Under the pieces are notes generated by a model. That model did not search any database and had not been told where the DNA came from. It saw only the letters and a program-made list of their open reading frames with translations. A stretch of DNA of 64,000 nucleotides from Candidatus Micrarchaeota archaeon (GTDB taxonomy: Archaea; Micrarchaeota; Micrarchaeia; Anstonellales; Bilamarchaeaceae). The position numbers and the translations under genes are program-made. Location of the stretch: contig JAHJDH010000025.1 of NCBI GenBank assembly GCA_018812625.1, forward strand, positions 13,726 to 77,725. The letters run 5' to 3'. The number at the start of each line of letters is the position of its first letter. The stretch's first letter is position 1. This document shows positions 1 through 9,063 of the stretch, piece by piece.

Positions 1-1
1 A

Positions 2-1063
2 ACAGCACTGGAGATAAATATCCTCACCCTTGAATCATTGAGAAATACAAGCATACAACAAGCTGCAGATATTGAAACTGAAATTTTGGAACTGGAATCA
101 CTAAATGTGACTTTGCAATCGTTTAGAATTTCGCTTGAGGGATATGGAACTGAATTGAATGAAGTAAAAACAACTCAAAGCAATACACTTGGAGAGGTAC
201 TCGATGGACTTACGTCCCTTAATGCATCACTTGTTGAATCCAAAGAAACAATTACTAAATTAAAAGTATTATTTTCTGAGATAAACTCCACCACAAACGA
301 CATAGACAACACTCTTGAAGAGGTTCTTGAGCAAACAAGTTCCGTGGATGCTCTTATTAGTTCGCTTCAAGGAACAGTTGCAGCACAAACGGCAAAGGAT
401 CCTGAAACAATTGCAGCCCCATTATCTGTAAAGGTGGAAAACCAGTATGTGAGAAATAGTTTTGTAGATTTCATTTTACCAAGAGTAATTGCAGTTTCTC
501 TAATGTTTTCCTGCTTTTTGCTTGCTTCAATTAGCGTCGTTCGGGAGAAAACAGGAAAAACAATTGTCCGGCTTTTGATGATGCCAGGAGCTTTGGGAAA
601 TGTAGTTATTGCAAAGATGATATCGATTACTTTGATATCTCTTGGGCAGATTGGTTTGATACTTGTGGTTGCGCTTTTACTCTTTGCAGTTGCCATGCCA
701 GAGAACATAATGATGGTGATTTTAGGAACTGTAATGTCTGCACTTGTACTCTCATCAGTTGGGATAATAGTTGGGTTTTATGCTAGAAGCGAATCTGCAG
801 CAATACAAACATCATTGCTGATTGCAATTCCAATGCTGTTTTTAGGCAACATATTATTTTCTCCGGATTTATTGCCAGTATATACCCAGGCATTGCAACA
901 GTTGCTGCCCCTCTCGCACATAACCAACCTGTTCAAAATAGTCCTGATAACAAACGGAGACCCTTCGACCAATCTTATTGCACTGGGAATTGCATTTGCA
1001 ATTTTGGGGATTGTCCAAGCAATAATTGTAATGAAACGAAGAGATATTAGCCAGTATATTTAG
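2..1063 (+). CDS. ABC-2/YhgE-Pip-like membrane permease, 5'-partial (frame stays open to the window edge)
   Basis: Coiled-coil-like extracytoplasmic N-terminal region followed by about 5 TM helices, as in ABC-2 / YhgE-Pip permeases. The frame has no stop upstream of the TTG at 38, back to position 2. Confidence 0.5.
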   Translation, partial: TALEINILTLESLRNTSIQQAADIETEILELESLNVTLQSFRISLEGYGTELNEVKTTQSNTLGEVLDGLTSLNASLVESKETITKLKVLFSEINSTTNDIDNTLEEVLEQTSSVDALISSLQGTVAAQTAKDPETIAAPLSVKVENQYVRNSFVDFILPRVIAVSLMFSCFLLASISVVREKTGKTIVRLLMMPGALGNVVIAKMISITLISLGQIGLILVVALLLFAVAMPENIMMVILGTVMSALVLSSVGIIVGFYARSESAAIQTSLLIAIPMLFLGNILFSPDLLPVYTQALQQLLPLSHITNLFKIVLITNGDPSTNLIALGIAFAILGIVQAIIVMKRRDISQYI

Positions 1064-1707
1064 GGAAGATAAGGAGTGATTGGAAGTGCGAGTTCGCTGC
1101 GCGGAATCTTGAGAGAATCATGGAATTGTCCGAAAAATATTCTCAGTGTTTCTGGAGGAAGAGAGGTATGGACAAGAGCATCCAGTTGATCAGGAAGGCA
1201 GGTTATTTTTGAAACAAAGAGAACATCCAAAATTGGATAGTTGCGGAAGAGATAAGCAAGATCGTTTTGCGCTCTGATAGAAGTGATATTTTTTGATGCA
1301 ACGGCACGAATTGTTTTTTCTCGAAGTTTTGAAAGTTCTTGTGCATCAGCAGCACATGCATCAATGAATGCGTCCACGGGATGACTAGATTCGTGCATAG
1401 CAAATGAAACAGAAGACATTTGTCGCAGCTTTAATTGGAAATGGGCTTGAATCTCTCTTGCAAACAAATCCTGGATATTTTCAGAGCAGTCTGATTCAAG
1501 AACTCCGCAGAACAGACCAGGCGAACCATGAGTAAGCAGTCTCTCGACATACTTCTGCTCTTGTGCAGAAGTTAAAGAATGCTTTCCGAGGAAACCTTCT
1601 TTGGCCACTTCCAGAAGAGGAGATGTTGGCATTCCGCGTGCAAATGCCTTTGCTTTGGACCTAAATGTATAGGGTTTTCGCAAAGAAGAACAAGAAACCA
1701 TACACAA
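1060..1707 (-). CDS. hypothetical protein (alpha-helical, function unknown)
   Basis: 215-aa ORF with no motif I recognise. It overlaps the upstream gene end by 4 nt. Confidence 0.35.
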   Translation of the reverse strand: MCMVSCSSLRKPYTFRSKAKAFARGMPTSPLLEVAKEGFLGKHSLTSAQEQKYVERLLTHGSPGLFCGVLESDCSENIQDLFAREIQAHFQLKLRQMSSVSFAMHESSHPVDAFIDACAADAQELSKLREKTIRAVASKNITSIRAQNDLAYLFRNYPILDVLFVSKITCLPDQLDALVHTSLPPETLRIFFGQFHDSLKIPRSELALPITPYLP

Positions 1708-1773
1708 TAATATATCTAGTGCGACTTAAAAAGGTTCGTGCTTTTTTTAATCCCTTTTCTCCTTCTATCAGGT

Positions 1774-2910
1774 ATGAAAGATTTCAAGGTCACACCATGG
1801 GAAGTGAGTGGTTCTATTGATTATGAAAAACTCATCAAGCAATTCGGCACAAGCAGGATAGATGAAAAACTAACTGAAAGGTTGGAACGCACTTGTGGAT
1901 CTTTGCACCCGATGCTTCAAAGAGGTTTTTTCTTCTCTCATAGAGATTTGAACCTAATACTTGATGATTATGAAAAAGGAAAGGGTTTTTTCTTATACAC
2001 GGGGAGAAAACCAAGTAAAGGGATGCATATTGGACATATGGTTCCTTTAACATTGACAAAATGGCTACAGGATAAGTTCAAATGCAACTTGTATATTGAG
2101 ATCACAGATGATGAAGGATTCCTGCATAAACGGGATTACACGTGGTCAGATGTCCAAAATGCAGCTACAGAGAACATAGCGGATATTGCAGCACTTGGTT
2201 TTGATCCAGATAGAACTTTTATCTTCAAAGACAGTGAATATATCAAGAATATGTATCCACTACTTCTTCGAGCTGCAAAAAAGATTACAGGGTCCACAGT
2301 AAAGGCAGTATTCGGATTTGACGATTCTACCAATATTGGGCTTTCAATGTATCCTGCAATTCAAACAATACCTTCAATGTTTGAGAAAAAAAGGTGTTTG
2401 ATCCCGTGTGCTATTGATCAGGATAATTACTGGAGGATACAGCGGGACATAGCAGAAGGTCTTGGTTTCCACAAAACATCTGCAATACATAGCAGGTTCC
2501 TTCCGCCATTACAAGGAGTTGAGGGAAAAATGAGCTCCAGTGCAGGAGCGCAAACTGCAATACTGCTTACCGATGATGAAAAACAGGTAAAGAAGAAAAT
2601 CAACAAATATGCATTTTCTGGTGGAAAGGATACAGTTGAAGAGCACAGAAAACTTGGAGGAGATCCTACAATAGATGTTCCGTTCCAATGGCTTTCAATA
2701 ATGTTTGAAGGCGACGATAAAAAACTTGCGCAGATACGCGAGGATTATACATCTGGAAAAATTCTTTCTGGAGAGATGAAAGGAATTCTTATTGAAAAAG
2801 TGAATGAGTTTCTTGTAGATCATAGGACAAGAAAGGAAAATGCAGAAGTAAAAAAGATGATGTACAGCGGAAAGCTTGCAAAAAAAATGTGGGATACTAT
2901 CCATGAGTAG
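1774..2910 (+). CDS. trpS: tryptophanyl-tRNA synthetase, archaeal/eukaryotic type
   Basis: HIGH-like motif 'KGMHIGHMVPL' and KMSKS-like 'GKMSSS'. 'AFSGGKDTVEEHRKLGGDPTIDVPFQWL' closely matches the eukaryotic/archaeal TrpRS signature. The N-terminal 'DFKVTPWEV' resembles TrpRS. I chose the start at M13 (1774). Confidence 0.85.
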   Translation: MKDFKVTPWEVSGSIDYEKLIKQFGTSRIDEKLTERLERTCGSLHPMLQRGFFFSHRDLNLILDDYEKGKGFFLYTGRKPSKGMHIGHMVPLTLTKWLQDKFKCNLYIEITDDEGFLHKRDYTWSDVQNAATENIADIAALGFDPDRTFIFKDSEYIKNMYPLLLRAAKKITGSTVKAVFGFDDSTNIGLSMYPAIQTIPSMFEKKRCLIPCAIDQDNYWRIQRDIAEGLGFHKTSAIHSRFLPPLQGVEGKMSSSAGAQTAILLTDDEKQVKKKINKYAFSGGKDTVEEHRKLGGDPTIDVPFQWLSIMFEGDDKKLAQIREDYTSGKILSGEMKGILIEKVNEFLVDHRTRKENAEVKKMMYSGKLAKKMWDTIHE

Positions 2911-3325
2911 TGCAAAAAAACTACGAGAGCGGCCAGAGGTGCCTAAGGCTCTTATTTGCGGTATGTTGAGCGATGGGGGAAGAGTATTATTTTTAGTTAA
3001 AAAAGACCAGCATGGAGTTGAGCGACTGGAGCTTCCCTGGGTATACTCATACCAAACAACTAATCCAGTATCGCAGCTTGGAGAGATCTTTCTCAAACAA
3101 ACAGGAATAGATGCTGAAGTCGGAGAAATTAAACTTGAAGCAAAACATAATGCAGGCTCAAGGCGGAAAAAAAACTGGATATCGTGTTATGTGTTTGAAA
3201 TTAAAGCAAAGAATAAGCAGGCACACCCAAGCAGCGAATTTGTTGGTTTTCGATGGGTAGGCCTAAAAGAAGTAAAAAAAGAGAAACTTGGAAGAATGAC
3301 TGAATGGATCATGAAACTAATTTGA
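2903..3325 (+). CDS. NUDIX-fold protein with degenerate Nudix box
   Basis: 'GGRVLFLVKK...ELPWV...LGEIFLKQTGIDA' resembles a Nudix box, but the REx2EE positions are altered. The start overlaps the trpS stop. Confidence 0.4.
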   Translation: MSSAKKLRERPEVPKALICGMLSDGGRVLFLVKKDQHGVERLELPWVYSYQTTNPVSQLGEIFLKQTGIDAEVGEIKLEAKHNAGSRRKKNWISCYVFEIKAKNKQAHPSSEFVGFRWVGLKEVKKEKLGRMTEWIMKLI

Positions 3326-3710
3326 ACTTGAATCCATAGTGGACCAGCCCTTCTGGATCATCCCTTTGGATAACCCTAAATACCTGCTCAACTTTTGATC
3401 CAATTTTAACATCAGCTTTAGTGACATCTACAACTTGTGCAGTAAGTCTTGCCCCTTCCTTAAGTTCGATCACAGCCAGGATATATGGAATCTGATCCTC
3501 AAATCCTTGGGGAGGTGCATTTACTTCCGTAAATGAGAAGATCGTACCTTTTCCAGAATATCGGACATCGACGAGTTTTCCTTTTCTTCTGCAAGCTGGA
3601 CAGATACTGCGCTTTGGGAAGTAATTCTTAGAGCAGGTTTCGCATTTTACTCCAAGAAGTCGGTATCTCTCTGGAATCCTTCTCCAGGTAAGTGGAATTG
3701 CTTCTTTCAT
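3309..3710 (-). CDS. DUF35-type Zn-ribbon/OB-fold protein (thiolase/HMGCS-associated scaffold family)
   Basis: C-x2-C-x10-C-x2-C zinc ribbon 'CETCSKNYFPKRSICPAC' followed by an OB-fold-like segment 'GKGTIFSFTEV'. Confidence 0.65.
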   Translation of the reverse strand: MKEAIPLTWRRIPERYRLLGVKCETCSKNYFPKRSICPACRRKGKLVDVRYSGKGTIFSFTEVNAPPQGFEDQIPYILAVIELKEGARLTAQVVDVTKADVKIGSKVEQVFRVIQRDDPEGLVHYGFKFKLVS

Positions 3711-3719
3711 GATATCACG

Positions 3720-4382
3720 TTATTGCATGGTGTTTTTATGTTTTTCGTGGTGCTCTTTGAAGGTCTTTATCCCATTGTCAGTAAGTGGATGATGCCAAAG
3801 CTTCTCAAGTACTGCTGCTGGAACAGTTGCAATGTGAGCTCCGGCCCTTGCAGATTCAAGTATATGCACAGGGTGCCTGATAGATGCAACTATTACTTCT
3901 GTACTAAAGTCATAATTACCATAGATGTCCATGATATCTGAGATAAGATCAGTGCCAGTTTCTGAGATATCATCAAGCCTTCCAACAAATGGAGAGACGT
4001 ATGTTGCTCCTGCTTTGGCAGCAAGTAAAGCTTGAGATGCTGAGAAAACAAGTGTGACATTTGTCTTGACGCCTTTTTGAGAAAGAGCGCGAACAGCTTT
4101 CATTCCTTCTTTGGTCATTGGAATTTTAATTACAACATTTGGACCCCAGGTAGAGAATTCTTCTGCTTCTTTGATCATATCTTCTGCAGTTTCGGCAATT
4201 CCCTCAACTGAAACAGGACCATCGACTACTTTAGAAATTTCTTGAATTACTGTTTTGTGGTCTTTGCCAGCTTTCATAATTAGTGATGGGTTTGTTGTAA
4301 CTCCATCACACATCCCAAGAGCAACTGCTCTTCTTATTTCTTCAACGTCCGCTGTATCAAGGAAAAATTTCATATTCATCAC
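3720..4382 (-). CDS. tal: transaldolase (fructose-6-phosphate aldolase-type, short form)
   Basis: '[11 protein letters not shown]...GVTTNPSLI' and 'VIKIP.T.EG' are hallmark motifs of short transaldolases. Confidence 0.9.
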   Translation of the reverse strand: MMNMKFFLDTADVEEIRRAVALGMCDGVTTNPSLIMKAGKDHKTVIQEISKVVDGPVSVEGIAETAEDMIKEAEEFSTWGPNVVIKIPMTKEGMKAVRALSQKGVKTNVTLVFSASQALLAAKAGATYVSPFVGRLDDISETGTDLISDIMDIYGNYDFSTEVIVASIRHPVHILESARAGAHIATVPAAVLEKLWHHPLTDNGIKTFKEHHEKHKNTMQ

Positions 4383-5341
4383 TTTTTCATTTTCATAGAT
4401 TCTTCTACGGTTTTTGCAATGCCATCAGTATCGAGCATGTATTTTTTTAGAAGTTCATTCGCACTTGCAGATTCACAGAACCGATTATAGATACCATGTC
4501 GTTTTACTGGAATTGGATATTTCTCGGAAACTGTTTCCGAAATTGCGCTTCCAAGACCGCCAACAACCTGGTGATCTTCAACAGATACTATCAATCCGCA
4601 GTCTTTTGCATATTTCAAAACTGCATCTTCATCAATTGGTTTAATTGTATGGCAATCAACAACTGCAGCATCAATTCCTTTTTCTTTGAGTTTTTCTGCT
4701 GCCATAAGCGCATCATAGACTACAATACCATGAGCAAATATTGCAACATCAGAGCCTTCACGATAAACATTTGCTTTGCCAATCTCAAATGGATCATCTG
4801 CAGTAGTGAAAACAGGAACCTTTTGCCGTGAGGTTCTTATGTAACAAGGAGTTTTGATTGCTGCGGCTGCTAGTGTTGCTTTGCATGTTTCTTCAGCATC
4901 TGCTGGAGACATAACGATAATATTGGGAAGAGAGCGCACGATTGCAATGTCTTCAAGAACCTGGTGTGAGGCGCCATCAGGACCAACAGTAATTCCAGTG
5001 TGTGATGCGTGGAAATTTACATTAACATCATTATAACATACTGAAACTCGGATTTGATCCCAGTTTCTCCCTGGAGAAAACGCACCAAATGCAGAAACAA
5101 AAACAGTTTTGCCAAGACTTGCAATTCCAGATGCAACGCCGACCATATTTTGCTCTGCAACGCCGACCTGGACAAATCTCTTTGGATATTTTTCTGCAAA
5201 CCAGTTGGTTCGAGTTGACCCAGAAACATCTGCAGTGAGTGCCCATACATTTTCATCTTTTTCTCCAAGCTCGAGCAAGCCTTTTCCAAACCCATCACGA
5301 GTGGGTTTTCTGGTCTCTGGATTATGTAAATCAGCGATCAT
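4379..5341 (-). CDS. transketolase, C-terminal (pyrimidine-binding) subunit
   Basis: Split archaeal transketolase C-terminal half. The 4-nt overlap with tal and with the N-terminal subunit indicates an operon. Confidence 0.9.
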   Translation of the reverse strand: MIADLHNPETRKPTRDGFGKGLLELGEKDENVWALTADVSGSTRTNWFAEKYPKRFVQVGVAEQNMVGVASGIASLGKTVFVSAFGAFSPGRNWDQIRVSVCYNDVNVNFHASHTGITVGPDGASHQVLEDIAIVRSLPNIIVMSPADAEETCKATLAAAAIKTPCYIRTSRQKVPVFTTADDPFEIGKANVYREGSDVAIFAHGIVVYDALMAAEKLKEKGIDAAVVDCHTIKPIDEDAVLKYAKDCGLIVSVEDHQVVGGLGSAISETVSEKYPIPVKRHGIYNRFCESASANELLKKYMLDTDGIAKTVEESMKMKK

Positions 5342-6207
5342 GCTTCTCCCTCCTCAATCAGTTTTTTCATATTTTCAAGCTCTTTGAGAGCCTTTTCCAT
5401 ATCTTCTTTGCTTGGGGGCTTTCCATGCCATTCAAAACTGTATTCCATAAAGGAAACTGCTTTTCCTGGGATAGTGTGTGCAATAATCATTGTAGGTTTT
5501 TCATATACAGCTCTGCTTTCATTGCATGCATTAATGATTTGCTGGATATTATGTCCATCAATATCTATCACATGCCAACCAAAGGATTTGAATTTTTCAG
5601 CCAGAGGCTCAAGAGGCATAACATCCTCAGTATAACCATCTATCTGGATATTGTTTCGATCCATTATTACAGTTAGATTCCCAAGTTTGAGCTTTGCTGC
5701 AAGCATTGCCGCTTCCCAGCTTTGGCCTTCTTGTTGCTCTCCATCTGAAACCATACAGTAAACTCTGGATTTCTTCTTTTCAGTTTTTGCAACTAGAGCC
5801 ATACCAATAGCCTGAGAAAGCCCCTGGCCAAGAGGACCAGAAGAAGTTTCGATTCCAGGAAGCAACGTCCTGTGAGGATGCCCCTGAAGGCGAGTGCCAA
5901 GTTTACGGAGGGTCATGAGCTCTTCTTTTGGGAAATAGCCAGAATTTGCAAGTACTGCATACAAGACGGGGCAGACATGTCCGTTTGAAAGAACAAAACG
6001 ATCTCGCTCTGGCCAATCCGGATTGTCTGGATCATGATATAATACATTGGAGTAGAGTGCTACGAAGATATCAGCAAGTCCAATAGAACCTGCAGAGTGT
6101 CCGCTTTTAGCCTCGTATATCATTTTGACAACATCCTGACGGACCTCATTCGCAATCAAATTCAGTTGCTTTATGTTATTTATTTTTTTTCGTCTCATTC
6201 TTGGCAC
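5338..6207 (-). CDS. transketolase, N-terminal (TPP-binding) subunit
   Basis: 'GHSAGS...GHPHR...GPLGQG' are TPP-binding motifs of the transketolase N-terminal half. Confidence 0.9.
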   Translation of the reverse strand: MPRMRRKKINNIKQLNLIANEVRQDVVKMIYEAKSGHSAGSIGLADIFVALYSNVLYHDPDNPDWPERDRFVLSNGHVCPVLYAVLANSGYFPKEELMTLRKLGTRLQGHPHRTLLPGIETSSGPLGQGLSQAIGMALVAKTEKKKSRVYCMVSDGEQQEGQSWEAAMLAAKLKLGNLTVIMDRNNIQIDGYTEDVMPLEPLAEKFKSFGWHVIDIDGHNIQQIINACNESRAVYEKPTMIIAHTIPGKAVSFMEYSFEWHGKPPSKEDMEKALKELENMKKLIEEGEA

Positions 6208-6833
6208 CCACGTGTAGCAGTTTTCTTGAGGTTTTCAATATTTGTTTTTACTTCACCAGAAAAAATGGCACTTGCAGCAGCAAGATAATTTGCTCCAGCA
6301 ACATATGCACCATGAATGGTTTGTAGGCAGACGCCCCCATCCACTTCAATATTCATATCTGGTTTTAATTCCCGGATTTTTCTTATTTTTTCTTCCATAT
6401 TTGCCAGGTATGTTTGTCCAGAGAAACCAGGGCGAACAGTCATTACTAAAACTTCTTCAATATTGGACAGATAGGGCATGAGCTTTTCAACGGGGGTCTC
6501 GGGATTTATTGCAAGACCAAGCTTCCCACCTGCTTGTTTTACAGTTTTTATGAGTTTGTCAAAATCATTGATTGTCTCAACATGCACAAGATGCATGTGT
6601 GGCCCTGGAGTTTTTTCAATCCATTTTTCAGGATGAAAAACCATCCAGTGAAATTCATAATTTGCATTTGGCAGATCATGCAATGATTCGAGGCCAATGG
6701 TTTTGTTGGGAACAAATTCACCATCCATGATATCAAGCTGGATTATATTGACATGATCCTGGATAAGGGCGATACGTGAGAGAAGCTCCTCCCTACTTTT
6801 GACTAAGATTGCTGGTATTATCTCAAGCTGCAT
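6195..6833 (-). CDS. rpe: ribulose-phosphate 3-epimerase
   Basis: 'IIQLDIMDGEFVPN', 'HLMV-like HVET' and 'VDGG' motifs on a TIM-barrel epimerase. Confidence 0.85.
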   Translation of the reverse strand: MQLEIIPAILVKSREELLSRIALIQDHVNIIQLDIMDGEFVPNKTIGLESLHDLPNANYEFHWMVFHPEKWIEKTPGPHMHLVHVETINDFDKLIKTVKQAGGKLGLAINPETPVEKLMPYLSNIEEVLVMTVRPGFSGQTYLANMEEKIRKIRELKPDMNIEVDGGVCLQTIHGAYVAGANYLAAASAIFSGEVKTNIENLKKTATRGCQE

Positions 6834-7096
6834 TGTCCTCTCCCGCGCGAGTAATTAGACCCGTAAATAAGATAGATTATGAGTTAATAAAAAGATACCG
6901 CATAAACTGTGGTTCGAGGTAGTGATAATGGTTCTGAGGGGAAAATGATGGAAACGTTTAAATACTTAATGGGTACTCAAATAGGATGCGAAAAAAATAT
7001 TAACAGAAATGTTGTTAGACATAAGTTTTTTGTCAGAACAAAAATTGTATTTGTTCTTAGTAGAATAATGAAAAAAAATTTATAGGAAGATGAAAA

Positions 7097-7519
7097 ATGG
7101 AACTACAACACATACATTTAACTGTGAACGCAAAAATCGACCCGTCTTTCAAGGCGTTGCCTCGGGAAGAAGCAAAGCGTTTCGTGGACATGTTGCTAAA
7201 AGAAATTGGCATGAAGCCACTTGGGGACATTAATTGGGCTGATGCCGAAGACTTAGATTTTCCAGGCCAAAGTTTTGTGCAGATGATAACTACTTCTCAT
7301 TGTTCACTGCATTTCTTTGACCACGATGGGGAAGATAATGAAGTTTACTTTGACCTTTATTCCTGCAGAAGCTTCGACACCGATAAGGTGATAAGCCTCC
7401 TAAATGACAAATTTGGACTTCGTAGTTGGCATGGAGTGTTATTTACACGTGCCACAGGCGAAGAACCAGAAATAAAAAAGATTAGTGGTCAAAAACAAAA
7501 AATGGAAATAATTAACTGA
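7097..7519 (+). CDS. speH: pyruvoyl-dependent S-adenosylmethionine (or arginine) decarboxylase proenzyme, SpeH family
   Basis: 'TTSHCSLHFF...YFDLYSCRSF' parallels SpeH 'ESHxxIHTWPE...IDLFTCG'. That includes the serine that becomes the pyruvoyl group. Confidence 0.55.
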   Translation: MELQHIHLTVNAKIDPSFKALPREEAKRFVDMLLKEIGMKPLGDINWADAEDLDFPGQSFVQMITTSHCSLHFFDHDGEDNEVYFDLYSCRSFDTDKVISLLNDKFGLRSWHGVLFTRATGEEPEIKKISGQKQKMEIIN

Positions 7520-7544
7520 TTTTTTTCTTATTTTTATTTATCAA

Positions 7545-8711
7545 TCATTGATTTTTGTAGATATGAACTACAGCAGTAGCGCCGCTTCCACCAACATTGT
7601 GACTTAGTGCAACATTAGCATCTTTGACTTGCCTGCCTTCTGCTTCCCCACGAAGTTGCCAAACACATTCGACTGCTTGTTTAACTCCAGTTGCACCGAC
7701 AGGATGACCACATGCTTTTAGACCGCCAGAAGTATTAATTGGAATCTCGGCACCTATGGCAGTTCTCCCATCAAGAGAGGCCTGTCCTCCTTTTCCTTTC
7801 TCAAAGAATCCAATATCTTCAATTGCCATGATTTCAGCAATAGTAAAGCAATCGTGAACTTCGGCAAGGTTGATGTCTTTGGGAGTTACTTTGGCCATTT
7901 CAAAGGCTTTTTTAGCAGCAACCTGAGTTGCCCGAAGCCCAGTCAAAGATTGTCTGGAGTGTAGCGCGATAGTATCGCTAGCCTGAGCGCTTGCAGTAAT
8001 TTCGATTGGTTTTTTTGTAAAGCTCTCTGCCATATCCATAGGAGCAAGAATTACACCAGCCGCACCATCAGTTATTGGAGAACAGTCGAAAACCTTGAGC
8101 GGATCAGCAATCATTTTGGATCCTAGCACTTGTTCCATTGAAATTTCTCTTGGAAATTGTGCATACTTGTTGTGAACTCCGTGTTTGTGGTTTTTTACAG
8201 CAACTGACGCCATCATTTCTTCAGTAGTGCCAAAATCTTCCATGTGCCTTCTTGCCATAAGAGCATAAATAGCAGGAAACGTCGCTCCGAGGAATAGTTC
8301 CCACTCCTGGTCCCCAGCACCACCAAGAATATCACTTACAGTATTGACGCCAAGCTCTGTCATTTTCTCAACACCACCAACTACTACAATGTCATGCATT
8401 CCGCTAGCTACTGCCATAACTCCTTGGCGAAGTGCCAGTGAACCAGATGCACATGCGCCCTCAACACGGGTGATGGGAATGGGATTTAGACCCATATAAT
8501 CAGCAATAAGGCCTCCGATGTGTTCTTGGCCGATTAATCGTCCGGATGCCATTGTTCCAATATATCCAGCATCAATCGCGTCTCCGCTAATGCCAGCATC
8601 AGTAAGTGCTTTGACACCTGCCTCGACAACAAGCTCTCGAAAACCCTGTTCCCAATTTTCACCAAATTTGGTCATTCCAGCTCCGATAATTCCGACTCGT
8701 CTCATAAACAT
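7545..8711 (-). CDS. thiolase (acetyl-CoA C-acetyltransferase, archaeal type)
   Basis: 'GACASGSLAL' holds the active-site Cys. The C-terminal 'GHPVGATG' and 'NVGGSGATAV' are thiolase signatures. Confidence 0.85.
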   Translation of the reverse strand: MFMRRVGIIGAGMTKFGENWEQGFRELVVEAGVKALTDAGISGDAIDAGYIGTMASGRLIGQEHIGGLIADYMGLNPIPITRVEGACASGSLALRQGVMAVASGMHDIVVVGGVEKMTELGVNTVSDILGGAGDQEWELFLGATFPAIYALMARRHMEDFGTTEEMMASVAVKNHKHGVHNKYAQFPREISMEQVLGSKMIADPLKVFDCSPITDGAAGVILAPMDMAESFTKKPIEITASAQASDTIALHSRQSLTGLRATQVAAKKAFEMAKVTPKDINLAEVHDCFTIAEIMAIEDIGFFEKGKGGQASLDGRTAIGAEIPINTSGGLKACGHPVGATGVKQAVECVWQLRGEAEGRQVKDANVALSHNVGGSGATAVVHIYKNQ

Positions 8712-8759
8712 TACACCTTAAGAAGGATAAATTATTGCCGTGAGCAATTTAAAAAAGTA

Positions 8760-9014
8760 TTATCTGGAGCTGGTCCAGCGTTTCTTGAAAAATGGGAGGG
8801 TTAATGTAGATAAAACAAAGGCTAAAGTCGGAACAAAAGACGCTAGATAAGGATTTGGAGCTTCGATGATAAGGAACAGTGTTAATGATAAAAAATAGGT
8901 CCCACCTGCGATTATGATACGACGAAATAAGCTGGTCTCCCAAGCCTTGTCTGATTCGACGCGAATGTTGCGCTCTTTGAGAGCAGCTATTTCAAGCTCA
9001 AGTTTTTTCATCAT
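8760..9014 (-). CDS. small membrane protein, hypothetical
   Basis: 84-aa ORF with a coiled N-terminus and two predicted TM helices. No homology recognised. Confidence 0.3.
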   Translation of the reverse strand: MMKKLELEIAALKERNIRVESDKAWETSLFRRIIIAGGTYFLSLTLFLIIEAPNPYLASFVPTLAFVLSTLTLPFFKKRWTSSR

Positions 9015-9063
9015 AAAATGATTTGTTGAAAAATATTAAAAACAAACTATTCAGTATAGACAT

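Noticed and set aside
367-972. Minus-strand ORFs (367-708, 778-972) inside the ABC-2 permease gene.
   Set aside because: They are fully antisense to a well-supported TM protein gene. They have low-complexity composition and no motifs. Such shadow ORFs are typical in AT-rich DNA.
4414-5676. Several plus-strand ORFs (4414-4644, 4496-4831, 5109-5387, 5239-5676 and others) that overlap the transketolase genes.
   Set aside because: They are antisense to strongly supported transketolase coding sequence. Their Cys/Phe/Asn-rich composition is an artefact of reading the AT-rich complement.
6834-7096. A possible tRNA or C/D-box sRNA in the rpe-speH divergent spacer. The cues were a GGTTCGAGG T-loop-like string and AATGATGG / CTGAGG boxes.
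   Set aside because: I could not pair an acceptor stem or T-stem around the T-loop-like string. The C / D-box-like motifs are in the wrong order and lack a terminal stem.
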